From Gemmatimonadales bacterium (lineage in GTDB: Bacteria > Gemmatimonadota > Gemmatimonadetes > Gemmatimonadales > GWC2-71-9): a stretch of DNA of 64,000 nucleotides. This document shows positions 52,293-61,480 of the stretch, piece by piece (position 1 is the stretch's first letter; each line of letters opens with the position of its first letter). The stretch covers positions 32,001-96,000 of the forward strand of contig JBDIWC010000003.1 of the NCBI GenBank assembly GCA_039794085.1. Direction: 5' to 3'. Position numbers and translations under genes: made by a program. Below the pieces are notes generated by a model. The model was not told where the DNA came from and did not search any database. It worked only from the letters and a program-made list of their open reading frames with translations.

Positions 52293-53384
52293 ATGTTCCA
52301 CCGATTGATGGCCCTCGTGTTGGCGCTCCAGGTGGTGGCGACATCCTCCACCCTGGCGCAGGCCGCTGAGCCGGGGTTCCGCGTCGGGGTGGTGAGTGAA
52401 TCCGGCGACATCGTGACCTGGTTCCGGCCGGACGGCCCGGCGCTGATCCGGGAGCGCGTGGTGCCGGTGGGAATGATGCCGGGCGACCCCGACGGGCCTC
52501 ACAATCTCGCCGTGGCGCCCGACCAGCGTTCCTATTACATCACCATCGCCCATGGCGTGCCCACCGGCTCCCTCTGGCGCTTCGATGCCGTGACGGACTC
52601 GGTGCTGGGTCGCGCCCCGGCGGACATGTATCCCACGACCATCGGTCTGACTCCCGATGGCGACTTCGCCTTCGTCGCCAACTCCGATTTCTTCGGCATC
52701 CATCCGGCCATGAATCCGGTGACGGTGGTGTACACCCCCACGATGCGAACGCTGACCTCCATTCCGGCCTGCGACATGCCGCACGGTGTGCGGGTGAATC
52801 ACGCCGGCACCCGCGTGTACGTGTCGTGCATGCATGATGACACGATCCTGGTCATCGATCCCGGAACCTTTCGCGTCACCGGACACCTCTCCCTGGACTC
52901 CGGGTCGCACACCGGGGCGGGTGACGTGCACGCCGGATCCTGCTCCCCGACCTTCGTGTCGGTGTCGGCGGATGATCGCACACTCTACGTGGCCTGCAAC
53001 GCCGCGAGTGACGTGAGAGTTGTCGACGTGGAGACGAGTCGGGTGACGGCCAGGATCGCGGTCGGAGAGGGGGCATACAACGTCGAACCGACCCGGGATG
53101 GGCTCCATCTGGTGGTGACCAACAAGAAGGGGCGCAGCGTCAGCCTGGTCGATCTGGCCTCGGCGCGGGAAACGGCGCGCATCACCACCACCAAGGGCGT
53201 GGTCCACGGTGTCGCCTTCTCGCCCGATGGCCGATACGCCTATATTTCCGCCGAGTCGGTGGGTGCCGATCCCGGATCCATCGACACGATCGACCTGAGC
53301 ACCGGCACGGTGGTGGGCACGGTGTCCGTGCCCTTTCAACCGACCGGCATCGCCATTCTCCGCTCTGCCGAGGAGACTCCCTGA
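52293..53384 (+). CDS. Secreted YncE/YVTN-type beta-propeller protein
   Basis: Signal peptide (..LAQA); blade repeats GPHNLAVAPD, PTTIGLTPDG, MPHGVRV, PTFVSVSADD, VHGVAFSPDGRYAY. Confidence 0.85.
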   Translation: MFHRLMALVLALQVVATSSTLAQAAEPGFRVGVVSESGDIVTWFRPDGPALIRERVVPVGMMPGDPDGPHNLAVAPDQRSYYITIAHGVPTGSLWRFDAVTDSVLGRAPADMYPTTIGLTPDGDFAFVANSDFFGIHPAMNPVTVVYTPTMRTLTSIPACDMPHGVRVNHAGTRVYVSCMHDDTILVIDPGTFRVTGHLSLDSGSHTGAGDVHAGSCSPTFVSVSADDRTLYVACNAASDVRVVDVETSRVTARIAVGEGAYNVEPTRDGLHLVVTNKKGRSVSLVDLASARETARITTTKGVVHGVAFSPDGRYAYISAESVGADPGSIDTIDLSTGTVVGTVSVPFQPTGIAILRSAEETP

Positions 53385-53656
53385 TGGTGCACGAAACGAC
53401 CACCACCTTGGCCGCGGCCGACATCCTGGCCCGGGCCCGGCATTTCTTCGCCGAGCGGGTTCCCCATCAGGCCGCGTTCCCCGAGGCCGAGGGTCCGACC
53501 CACCTTCTGTTGCGCGGTCAGGGGGGGGAGGAGGTCGCTCTGGCGATCCTGCCCGCGGAGGATGGTGCCGTGCGGGTGCGGGCCAGCACCCTGCTCTTCG
53601 ATCAGGCCGTGGCGCGCTTCCTGTCCACTCTTCCTCCGGCGGCGGGTGCGGCATGA
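53384..53656 (+). CDS. Hypothetical protein (90 aa)
   Basis: Overlaps both neighbours (TGATG, ATGA), AGGAG RBS, globular composition. Confidence 0.75.
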   Translation: MVHETTTTLAAADILARARHFFAERVPHQAAFPEAEGPTHLLLRGQGGEEVALAILPAEDGAVRVRASTLLFDQAVARFLSTLPPAAGAA

Positions 53657-53913
53657 CGGCCGACACCGTGACGGTCCGGGTGATGGTTCTGGAAACCTGG
53701 GACGAGATCCCCCTCACGCTCCCGCTCACCGCCACCGTGGCCGACCTGAAGCGCGAGGCCCTGGCGGCGACTCGGGCCGGGCTCCCCGCTGAGCGCTGCG
53801 AGCTCAAGTTCCGGGGAGCACTCTGCTCCGATGACGCCACCCTGGCCTCGCTGGATCTGGTTCCCGACGCCAATTTGATCGTCCTCCCCCGGCGCCGGAT
53901 CCCCGTGCGGTGA
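53653..53913 (+). CDS. Ubiquitin-like (beta-grasp; YukD/EsaB-like) protein without C-terminal GG
   Basis: Manual alignment to ubiquitin: TVADLK~TIENVK, GLPAERCELKFRG~GIPPDQQRLIFAG, DDATLASLDL~DGRTLSDYNI, ANLIVLPRRR~STLHLVLRLR. Confidence 0.75.
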   Translation: MTADTVTVRVMVLETWDEIPLTLPLTATVADLKREALAATRAGLPAERCELKFRGALCSDDATLASLDLVPDANLIVLPRRRIPVR

Positions 53914-54181
53914 CGGCTCCCCCCGGCCCGCGAGCCGGTGTGTCCCGCCTCCTGACAACATTCGCGATCGGGATCCTCGTTCTCGACGGTGTGCTCCTGC
54001 TGATCGCGGGGTGGGATCAGGGCCGGGTGTCTCTGATGGGAGGCGGGGCGGTGTCCCTCCTGCTGGCCGGCGCGATGCGCTGGGCCTGGAAGCGCCACCA
54101 GCGGCTCCGGGAGGAGGTGGCGCGGGAGCGACAGGCCCTGGCCGATGAGGCGCGTGAGATGCGCAACCTGCTGCGCCGGAG

Positions 54182-54185
<4 letters not shown>
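53910..54185 (+). CDS. Small membrane protein (2 TM plus coiled-coil tail)
   Basis: Two hydrophobic helices then charged helix LREEVARERQALADEAREMR; coupled at both ends. Confidence 0.7.
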
Positions 54186-55081
<896 letters not shown>

Positions 55082-55152
55082 ACCGGGGGACGGTATACTT
55101 CAGGCTTCGTGCGCCACGTTTTCGTCTCCCTGTCCTCCGCCCTGAGGTGACC

Positions 55153-56178
55153 GTGTCCTCCCCCCTGCGTCTCCACGCCGAGATCCTGGCCCTCCAGACC
55201 CGGCATCCCTTCATCATCGCCCGGGGAACCCACCATGAGATCCGGACCGTGCAGGTCACCCTTCGGGACGAAAACGGCCTGGAGGGCTGGGGCGAGGCCG
55301 CGCCGCAGCGGTACTACGGCGAAACGCCGGAAACGGTCCTCGCCGCGCTGGGTCGCTACGCCACGGCCCTCCCCGACGATCCCTTTGACCTGGAGGCTGC
55401 CGAGCGGAATCTGGTCCTGACCCTGGCGGGGAACCCGTCGGCGCGAGCCGCTGTGTCGATGGCGCTCCACGATCTCGTCGGAAAGCGCCTCGGTGTGCCC
55501 CTGTACCGGCTGTGGGGGCTCGATCCCGCGGCGTCCCCGGCCAGCACCTTCACCATCGGCATTGACACGGCGGAGCGGATCCGGCTCAAGATCCGCGAGG
55601 CCGCCTCCTATCCGATCCTCAAGATCAAGCTGGGTAGCGACCGGGATCACGAGATCCTCCGGACCATCCGCGACGAGACCGACCGGGAACTCCGGGTCGA
55701 TGCCAACTGCGGGTGGACGGTGAAGCAGGCGATCGCGATGCTGCCGGTGCTGGAGGACCACGGGGTGACGGTGCTGGAGCAACCCCTTCCGCCGGGTGAC
55801 CTCGAGGGGTTGGCGCGGGTGACCGCCGCCGCTCCCATGCCGGTCCTGGCCGACGAAAGCTGCCTCACGGTGGCCGACATCCCCCGCCTGGTCGGGTGCG
55901 TGGACGGGATCAACATCAAGCTCGCCAAGTGCGGGAGCCTTCGGGAGGCGCTCCGGATGGTGGCGGTGGCCCGGGCTCACGAGATGTGTGTCATGGTCGG
56001 GTGCATGGTGGAGTCGTCCATCGGCATCACCGCCGCGGCCCACCTGACCCCCTTGCTCGACTATGTGGATCTGGATGGGGCCGCGCTCCTCGCCAAGGAT
56101 CCCTTTGCCGGGGCCACGATCGAGGGGGGTGTGGTTCACCTGCCCGAGGGTCCCGGCCTCGGGGTCGTGGCGCGGTAG
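55153..56178 (+). CDS. Dipeptide (L-Ala-D/L-Glu) epimerase, enolase superfamily
   Basis: GWGEA, KIKLG, RVDANCGW, LEQP, ADES, NIKLAKCG, GCM.ES, DLDG. Confidence 0.92.
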   Translation: MSSPLRLHAEILALQTRHPFIIARGTHHEIRTVQVTLRDENGLEGWGEAAPQRYYGETPETVLAALGRYATALPDDPFDLEAAERNLVLTLAGNPSARAAVSMALHDLVGKRLGVPLYRLWGLDPAASPASTFTIGIDTAERIRLKIREAASYPILKIKLGSDRDHEILRTIRDETDRELRVDANCGWTVKQAIAMLPVLEDHGVTVLEQPLPPGDLEGLARVTAAAPMPVLADESCLTVADIPRLVGCVDGINIKLAKCGSLREALRMVAVARAHEMCVMVGCMVESSIGITAAAHLTPLLDYVDLDGAALLAKDPFAGATIEGGVVHLPEGPGLGVVAR

Positions 56179-56214
56179 AGTTCGCACGGCGTGGCCCGTG
56201 CCTCGAATGTCTCC

Positions 56215-58647
56215 ATGAACGCTCCCACCGGGTTTGCCAGCGTGGCCTTGCCGCTGCCGCTCGCAACGCCCTACACCTACGGGATTCCGGCCACCCTGGC
56301 CGACCGGATCGTTCCCGGGGCCCGGGTGGTGGTTCCCGTGAGAGGTCGGGAACTGGTCGGCATTGTCACCGCCCTCGGTGTGGGTGAGCCTGGTCCGGGG
56401 GTGACGGTCCGGCTGATCCTCGCCGCCCCCGATGCCGAACCGGCCCTCGCTCCTCCGCTCCTGGCCACTGCGGAGTGGATGAGTCGCTACTATGGTGCCC
56501 CGATCGGACTTACCCTGCGCGGGATGCTGCCGCGGGGGCTCTGGGGCGCGTCCCGCCTGGTCCTGGAACTCATGCCCGATCCGCCCGTCACCGGGGGCTT
56601 GGCGGGCGACCTTCTCGAGTGGCTCGCGGCACGGGAGGGTGAGGGGCTGCTCTCCAGCGCCGTCCGGACTCTCCGGAAACCGCTCTGGGACGTGGTGAAC
56701 CGGCTGGTGCGGATCGGGGCCCTCCAACTCCGCTGCGATCCGGTGGACGCCGAGCCTCGGCCTGCCACAACGCGGGTGGCGGTGATAACGGGGGAGGGGC
56801 TCACTCTCCTGGAGCGCGACGCCCTCTTCCGCCGGGCCCCGAAGCAGCGCGCCCTCTATGAGACGCTCGAACGATCGGGAGGAACCCTGGCCGTGCCCCA
56901 TCTCCTGCGGGAGGCGAGTGCAGGCCGGGGGGCCCTGAACCATCTGGTGGAGCGCGGGGTGGTGGTTCTCCGTGAGGCGGAGGTCCATCGCGATCCCTTC
57001 GAGGGGGATCCGGGAACACCACCGCCCGGTCCTCCCACGGTGGCACAGCAGACGGCGCTGGTCCGGACCCTGGCGCTCGATCCCGGCGCGGGAGCCCTCC
57101 TGTTCGGGGTCACGGGGAGTGGCAAGACTCTGGTTTATCTCGATCTGGTGCGCGCGGCCCTAGCGGAGGGGCGCGGGGCGATCCTGCTGGTGCCGGAGAT
57201 CAGTCTCACTCCCCAGACGGTCAGCCGCCTGCGGGGCGCCTTCGGCAACCAGGTGGCGGTGCTGCACAGCGGGCTCTCCGACGGGGAGCGCCTCGATGCC
57301 TGGCGGGCCCTGCGCCGTGGCGAGCGACGGGTCGCGGTGGGGGCGCGTTCGGCGATCTTTGCCCCCGTGGAGGATCCGGGCGTGATCATCATCGATGAGG
57401 AGCACGAAGCGAGCTACAAGAACGGGGAGACCCCCCGATACCATGCGCGGGACGTGGCGGCGGTCCGTGCCCGCGAGGAGGGAGCCCGGCTGGTATACGG
57501 AAGCGCCACTCCCTCCCTGGAACTCTGGGCTGCGGCGAGCGAGGGCCGGATCACCCGGGTTGACCTCCCCGATCGGATCGGCACCCGGGGCATGCCCCCC
57601 GTCGAGGTGGTCGACCTGCGGTGCGCTCCCCTGGTGCCGGGAACCGGGGCCGTGCCCTGGTCGGTCACGCTGGACGAGACGATTCATTCCGCGCTCGAGC
57701 GCGGCGAACAGGTACTCCTCCTGCTCAACCGGAGGGGGTTCGCCTCCTGGCTCCAATGCCCGTCGTGCGGGGCGGTCACCGAATGTCCCTCGTGCAGCAT
57801 CGCGCTCACCGTGCACCGGTCTCCCGAGGAGTTGCGCTGTCATTACTGCGACCATCGCGCCCCGATGCCCACCGCGTGCGCCACCTGCGGGGGAACGGTG
57901 CAACGTCAGCGGGGAGTGGGGACGCAGCAGCTTGAGGCGGTGGTCGCCGAGCGCTTTCCCACAGCCCGGATCGCCCGGATGGACCTGGACACCACGGGCC
58001 CCAAGTGGAGCCATCACCGGATTCTCGGCGCCGTGGGCCGGCGGGAGGTGGACATTCTCCTGGGGACCCAGATGATCGCCAAGGGAATAGACTTTCCCTG
58101 GGTGACCGTGGTCGGGGTGATCGATGCCGACACGTCCCTCGCCCTCCCGGATTTCCGGTCCGCCGAACGCACCTTTCAGCTGATTGCGCAGGTGGGAGGC
58201 CGGGCGGGCCGGGGTCCCGCCGGGGGACGCGTGATCGTGCAGACCCGGCAGCCGGAGCATCACGCCATCCACTGTGCCTCGCATCACGATGCGCCCGGTT
58301 TCCTGGCCGAGGAACTGTCCCAGAGGCGGATGCCACCCTATCCCCCCGTGACCTCACTCGTCCATCTGGTGATCTCGGGGCCGGTGGAGGAACGGGTGGC
58401 GGCCCGGGCCGAGGCTCTCGCGGCGTGGCTGCGCCGGATGGTCGAGCGCCATGCCCTGGAGCTCGACGTGCTGGGGCCCGCCGCCTGCCCCCTGGCGCGC
58501 ATCCGGGACCGGTGGCGGTGGCACGTGATTCTCAAGGGGACGGCGCCGGTCCTGGGGCGGATGGTGCGCGCGCTGTCCCCGCGCATCGGGAGCGAGAGGG
58601 GGGGGGTGCGGATCCAGCTCGACCGGGACCCTGTGGCGCTTTTATAG
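56215..58647 (+). CDS. priA: Primosomal protein N' (replication restart helicase)
   Basis: GVTGSGKT, VPEISLTPQ, DEEHE.SYK, LLNRRG, four CxxC motifs, GTQMIAKG.DF, GRAGRG. Confidence 0.97.
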   Translation: MNAPTGFASVALPLPLATPYTYGIPATLADRIVPGARVVVPVRGRELVGIVTALGVGEPGPGVTVRLILAAPDAEPALAPPLLATAEWMSRYYGAPIGLTLRGMLPRGLWGASRLVLELMPDPPVTGGLAGDLLEWLAAREGEGLLSSAVRTLRKPLWDVVNRLVRIGALQLRCDPVDAEPRPATTRVAVITGEGLTLLERDALFRRAPKQRALYETLERSGGTLAVPHLLREASAGRGALNHLVERGVVVLREAEVHRDPFEGDPGTPPPGPPTVAQQTALVRTLALDPGAGALLFGVTGSGKTLVYLDLVRAALAEGRGAILLVPEISLTPQTVSRLRGAFGNQVAVLHSGLSDGERLDAWRALRRGERRVAVGARSAIFAPVEDPGVIIIDEEHEASYKNGETPRYHARDVAAVRAREEGARLVYGSATPSLELWAAASEGRITRVDLPDRIGTRGMPPVEVVDLRCAPLVPGTGAVPWSVTLDETIHSALERGEQVLLLLNRRGFASWLQCPSCGAVTECPSCSIALTVHRSPEELRCHYCDHRAPMPTACATCGGTVQRQRGVGTQQLEAVVAERFPTARIARMDLDTTGPKWSHHRILGAVGRREVDILLGTQMIAKGIDFPWVTVVGVIDADTSLALPDFRSAERTFQLIAQVGGRAGRGPAGGRVIVQTRQPEHHAIHCASHHDAPGFLAEELSQRRMPPYPPVTSLVHLVISGPVEERVAARAEALAAWLRRMVERHALELDVLGPAACPLARIRDRWRWHVILKGTAPVLGRMVRALSPRIGSERGGVRIQLDRDPVALL

Positions 58648-58710
58648 GCAAGGGCCGGGGGTGAGGGCTTCCCGTCGCTCCACGCCTCGCGCGCCAACAT
58701 CCACATTTGT

Positions 58711-58977
58711 TGTTGGGGGGTGGAAGGGCCCCCATCCTGCCGAGGCCCGCCACGCGAGATCGGGAACCTGTCGGGGGAGCCGTCAACCCTCTGTGTCCTC
58801 CGCGTTCTCTGTGGTTCAAACCGGGGAGAGGTGGGGCTTGCACACCAGGATCCGGTCTTGGTGTTGGGGGGTGGAAGGCCCCCATCCTGCCGATGCCGCA
58901 GGTGCAAGATCCGGTGGGCACCTCGACCCCTCTGTGCTCTCTGTGTCTCCGTGGTTCAGCTATGGGGAGAGGGGGCT
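58711..58977. repeat. Two imperfect direct copies of a ~120-130-bp intergenic unit (period 151 bp)
   Basis: TGTTGGGGGGTGGAAGG(G)CCCCCATCCTGCCGA at 58711 and 58862; CTCTGTG...GTGGTTCA; GGGGAGAG..GGGGCT. Confidence 0.85.
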
Positions 58978-60133
58978 AGCGTGGACTACCGCGATCGAGC
59001 CCATAGAGGATGACACGATGGAACCCCTCCGTGGGGTCGAGGAGCCGCCCGAGAATGTAGTCGTGTCCGATCTCGTATGCGGTGAACAGCGCGGGGAGCA
59101 TGACCTCGGCCACCGGGGCGCCGCCGGGCGCAAAGACGACCCACGCGGCGGTGTCGGCTGCGCCCGCGGGGTAGCGCCGGACCCAGAGGTGCTCCTCGCC
59201 ATCGACGAGAAAGTGAGTATAGGTGGGCAGGGTGGTGGGGAAATCCTTGGGCCACTCCTCGACGAGCTGCGGTTGGCGGCGGGCCGGCTTCCCCAGCGTG
59301 TCGAGCATCTTGAAGCGCGCCACGTCCGCTGCGGTGGTCCGGGGGGGCGGCTCATCCAGGCCGATGGTGCGCAGATGGCTCCCGTCGAGGCCGTAGACCT
59401 CGATGGCGAAGCTGTCGGCGGAACCCAGGTACGCGGCGTCCCGGCCCAGGGCCAGCACCGGTTCCCTTCCCAGAGGATGAGGTCCGCTGCCGTACGTGAA
59501 GACGAGTCGCTCGGAGCCGGGATGCGTCCCGAGAGTGTCCCGAATGGTACCATCGGGGTGGGAGAGCCAGTAGGGGACCTTCCACCGGACCTTCCCCAAC
59601 GTCGTCTCTGCTGACACGTTCCATCCGTTGTTCAGATACACACCGTCGGCATTGCAGTCGCTCTGGTAGGGTGCCTGCCCGGGCGTCGGACCCGCAATCG
59701 AGAAAGTGCGAGCCAGGGTGCCGTCGAGGCTGAACACGGTTATCCGCCTGGGAGCGATGTCCTGCGCATGCAGCGAGTCCCCGCAGCGGCGGAGGGCGGC
59801 GAGATAATCGAACTCGCCCGGTCCCTCACCCTTCCGACCCACGGAGCGCACGAAACGGCCTTCCGGGTCGAAGTACCGCAGGGAGGCACTCAACCGATCC
59901 GCGACCACCACCGACCCATCCGGCAAACGGGTGGCCCCGGTGACGTCCCCGAACGAGTGCAGGGTGTCCTCCTCCACGGCCCCGACATCGAAGAGAGGAC
60001 CGGGAGCGACCGTCCATCGGGTCATCATCACCCTGGAGGGGTCGGGATCACCGCCACAGGACCAGAGGAAACCGAGGGCGAGGAGAACGAACCGCCCTCG
60101 ACCGGCGAACCGCTCCCGGTGCGCGGTGCTCAC
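58976..60133 (-). CDS. Probable 6-bladed beta-propeller lipoprotein
   Basis: Lipobox-like LWSC; DGSVVVAD, FDPEGRFVRSVGRKGEGPGEF, VDGEEHLWV. Confidence 0.8.
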   Translation of the reverse strand: MSTAHRERFAGRGRFVLLALGFLWSCGGDPDPSRVMMTRWTVAPGPLFDVGAVEEDTLHSFGDVTGATRLPDGSVVVADRLSASLRYFDPEGRFVRSVGRKGEGPGEFDYLAALRRCGDSLHAQDIAPRRITVFSLDGTLARTFSIAGPTPGQAPYQSDCNADGVYLNNGWNVSAETTLGKVRWKVPYWLSHPDGTIRDTLGTHPGSERLVFTYGSGPHPLGREPVLALGRDAAYLGSADSFAIEVYGLDGSHLRTIGLDEPPPRTTAADVARFKMLDTLGKPARRQPQLVEEWPKDFPTTLPTYTHFLVDGEEHLWVRRYPAGAADTAAWVVFAPGGAPVAEVMLPALFTAYEIGHDYILGRLLDPTEGFHRVILYGLDRGSPR

Positions 60134-61140
60134 GAATCTTCATCCAGCGTGACGGTGCTCTCCCCCGGGTCCTGCCGAAGCGTCATGACGAAACAGGCCC
60201 CGCCCAGGGGCGAGTCGGAAATGGCAACGTCCCCCTGGTGAAGCTGGGTACATGCCACCACCGAGGAGAGTCCCAGTCCCATCCCATTGGTTTTGGTCGT
60301 GTGAAACGGTTTCAGGATGAGATCTCGCTGGTCGGCGGGGACGCCCGGCCCGGTGTCGTGCACTTCGATCGTGGCTCTCTCCCGGTCCCTGCTCAACCGG
60401 ACCTCAATGCGAGACCCGGGCCCGGCTGCCTCGGCGGCATTGATGACCAGATTCACCAGGGCGCGCTGCACGATGCTCTCATGACCACGGAACATCATCG
60501 GGTGGGCCTCGGGCTCAAACACCAGGGTCGAGGATCGCAGGCGGGGATGACGGCGGATCAGGTCCAAGCTCGTACGTACGCTGTGAACCAGATCAAACGT
60601 GGAAATTTCGCGACCGGCCCTCCGACCCCCGAGATCGAAGAGCCGCTGGTTCCAGGTACCGATTTCCTCGAGGGCCCTGGCCGTGTCGTCCGCCAGGGCT
60701 CCGGCTCTCGACCCGGCAGCGAGGTCGGACCGCAGGTCCTCGAGGGACATCACCGCCACCGTGAGGGCGTTGTTGATGTCATGGGCGATGGTGGTGGCCA
60801 CAACGCCGGCCAGGACCGCCGCTTCGCCCTGGTGCAGGGCGTGCTGCTGCCGGGCAATCTGATCCTCGTGGCGACGGATGCGTTCCAGGAGCAGGTAGTT
60901 GAACCCGAACATCACGGCGGCTGTCACGATGACGAACACCATCCCCTTGAGGATTTCCACCCGCTTCAGATCCTCCACACTCGCGGCCTGCTCTCCGGCC
61001 AGACTGGAGGAAATCACGATGTAGGCGCCCGCGATGACCAAGTAGAAGAGCGCCATGACGGCCGCGAGGCGGAGAGCGGAGGGGATCCCGCGGTGGGAAG
61101 GGAACAGATCTCCGCGGGAATCGGTGACGAGCGTGACCAT
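60130..61140 (-). CDS. Membrane-bound sensor histidine kinase
   Basis: Two TM helices, H-box IAHDINNAL, N-box NLVINAAEA, DTGPGV, FHTTK, GMGLGL. Confidence 0.92.
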   Translation of the reverse strand: MVTLVTDSRGDLFPSHRGIPSALRLAAVMALFYLVIAGAYIVISSSLAGEQAASVEDLKRVEILKGMVFVIVTAAVMFGFNYLLLERIRRHEDQIARQQHALHQGEAAVLAGVVATTIAHDINNALTVAVMSLEDLRSDLAAGSRAGALADDTARALEEIGTWNQRLFDLGGRRAGREISTFDLVHSVRTSLDLIRRHPRLRSSTLVFEPEAHPMMFRGHESIVQRALVNLVINAAEAAGPGSRIEVRLSRDRERATIEVHDTGPGVPADQRDLILKPFHTTKTNGMGLGLSSVVACTQLHQGDVAISDSPLGGACFVMTLRQDPGESTVTLDEDS

Positions 61141-61243
61141 GTATCTCCTACGAGGACGTGGCGAAGGGGTGGTCCGGGAGAGGTCCGATGAAAACCCTCC
61201 CCTTTCAAGAAGATGAGACTCAGTTCAAGATGATGCAAGGGTA

Positions 61244-61358
61244 GGGTGTTGGGTGTTGGGTATTGGGTACTGGGTATTGGGTACTGGGTATTGGGTGCTG
61301 GGTATTGGGTACCATTGGGTCCTGGGTATTACTGGGTATTGGGTATTGGGTCCTGGGG
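61244..61358. repeat. Heptamer tandem repeat tract (GGGTRYT)n
   Basis: About 15 units GGGTGTT/GGGTATT/GGGTACT/GGGTGCT/GGGTCCT with two 3-nt slips. Confidence 0.92.
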
Positions 61359-61419
61359 ACCCCTGCGGGGTCCTCGCGATGACATCACGGGTGGCACCGG
61401 ACGCCCGACATTTCCACGC

Positions 61420-61480
61420 CCTACGTCCTGTGTCCTGTGTCCTGTGTCCTATTCCCTATTCTCTACTCCCCACTCCCCGC
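61420..61480. repeat. Degenerate C-rich heptamer tract
   Basis: CCTACGT (CCTGTGT)x3 CCTATTC CCTATTC TCTACTC CCCACTC. Confidence 0.85.

Noticed and set aside
58711..58893. 32-33-nt direct repeats as a mini CRISPR array
   Set aside because: Only two copies, about 118-nt spacing with similarity continuing through the spacer, no cas genes
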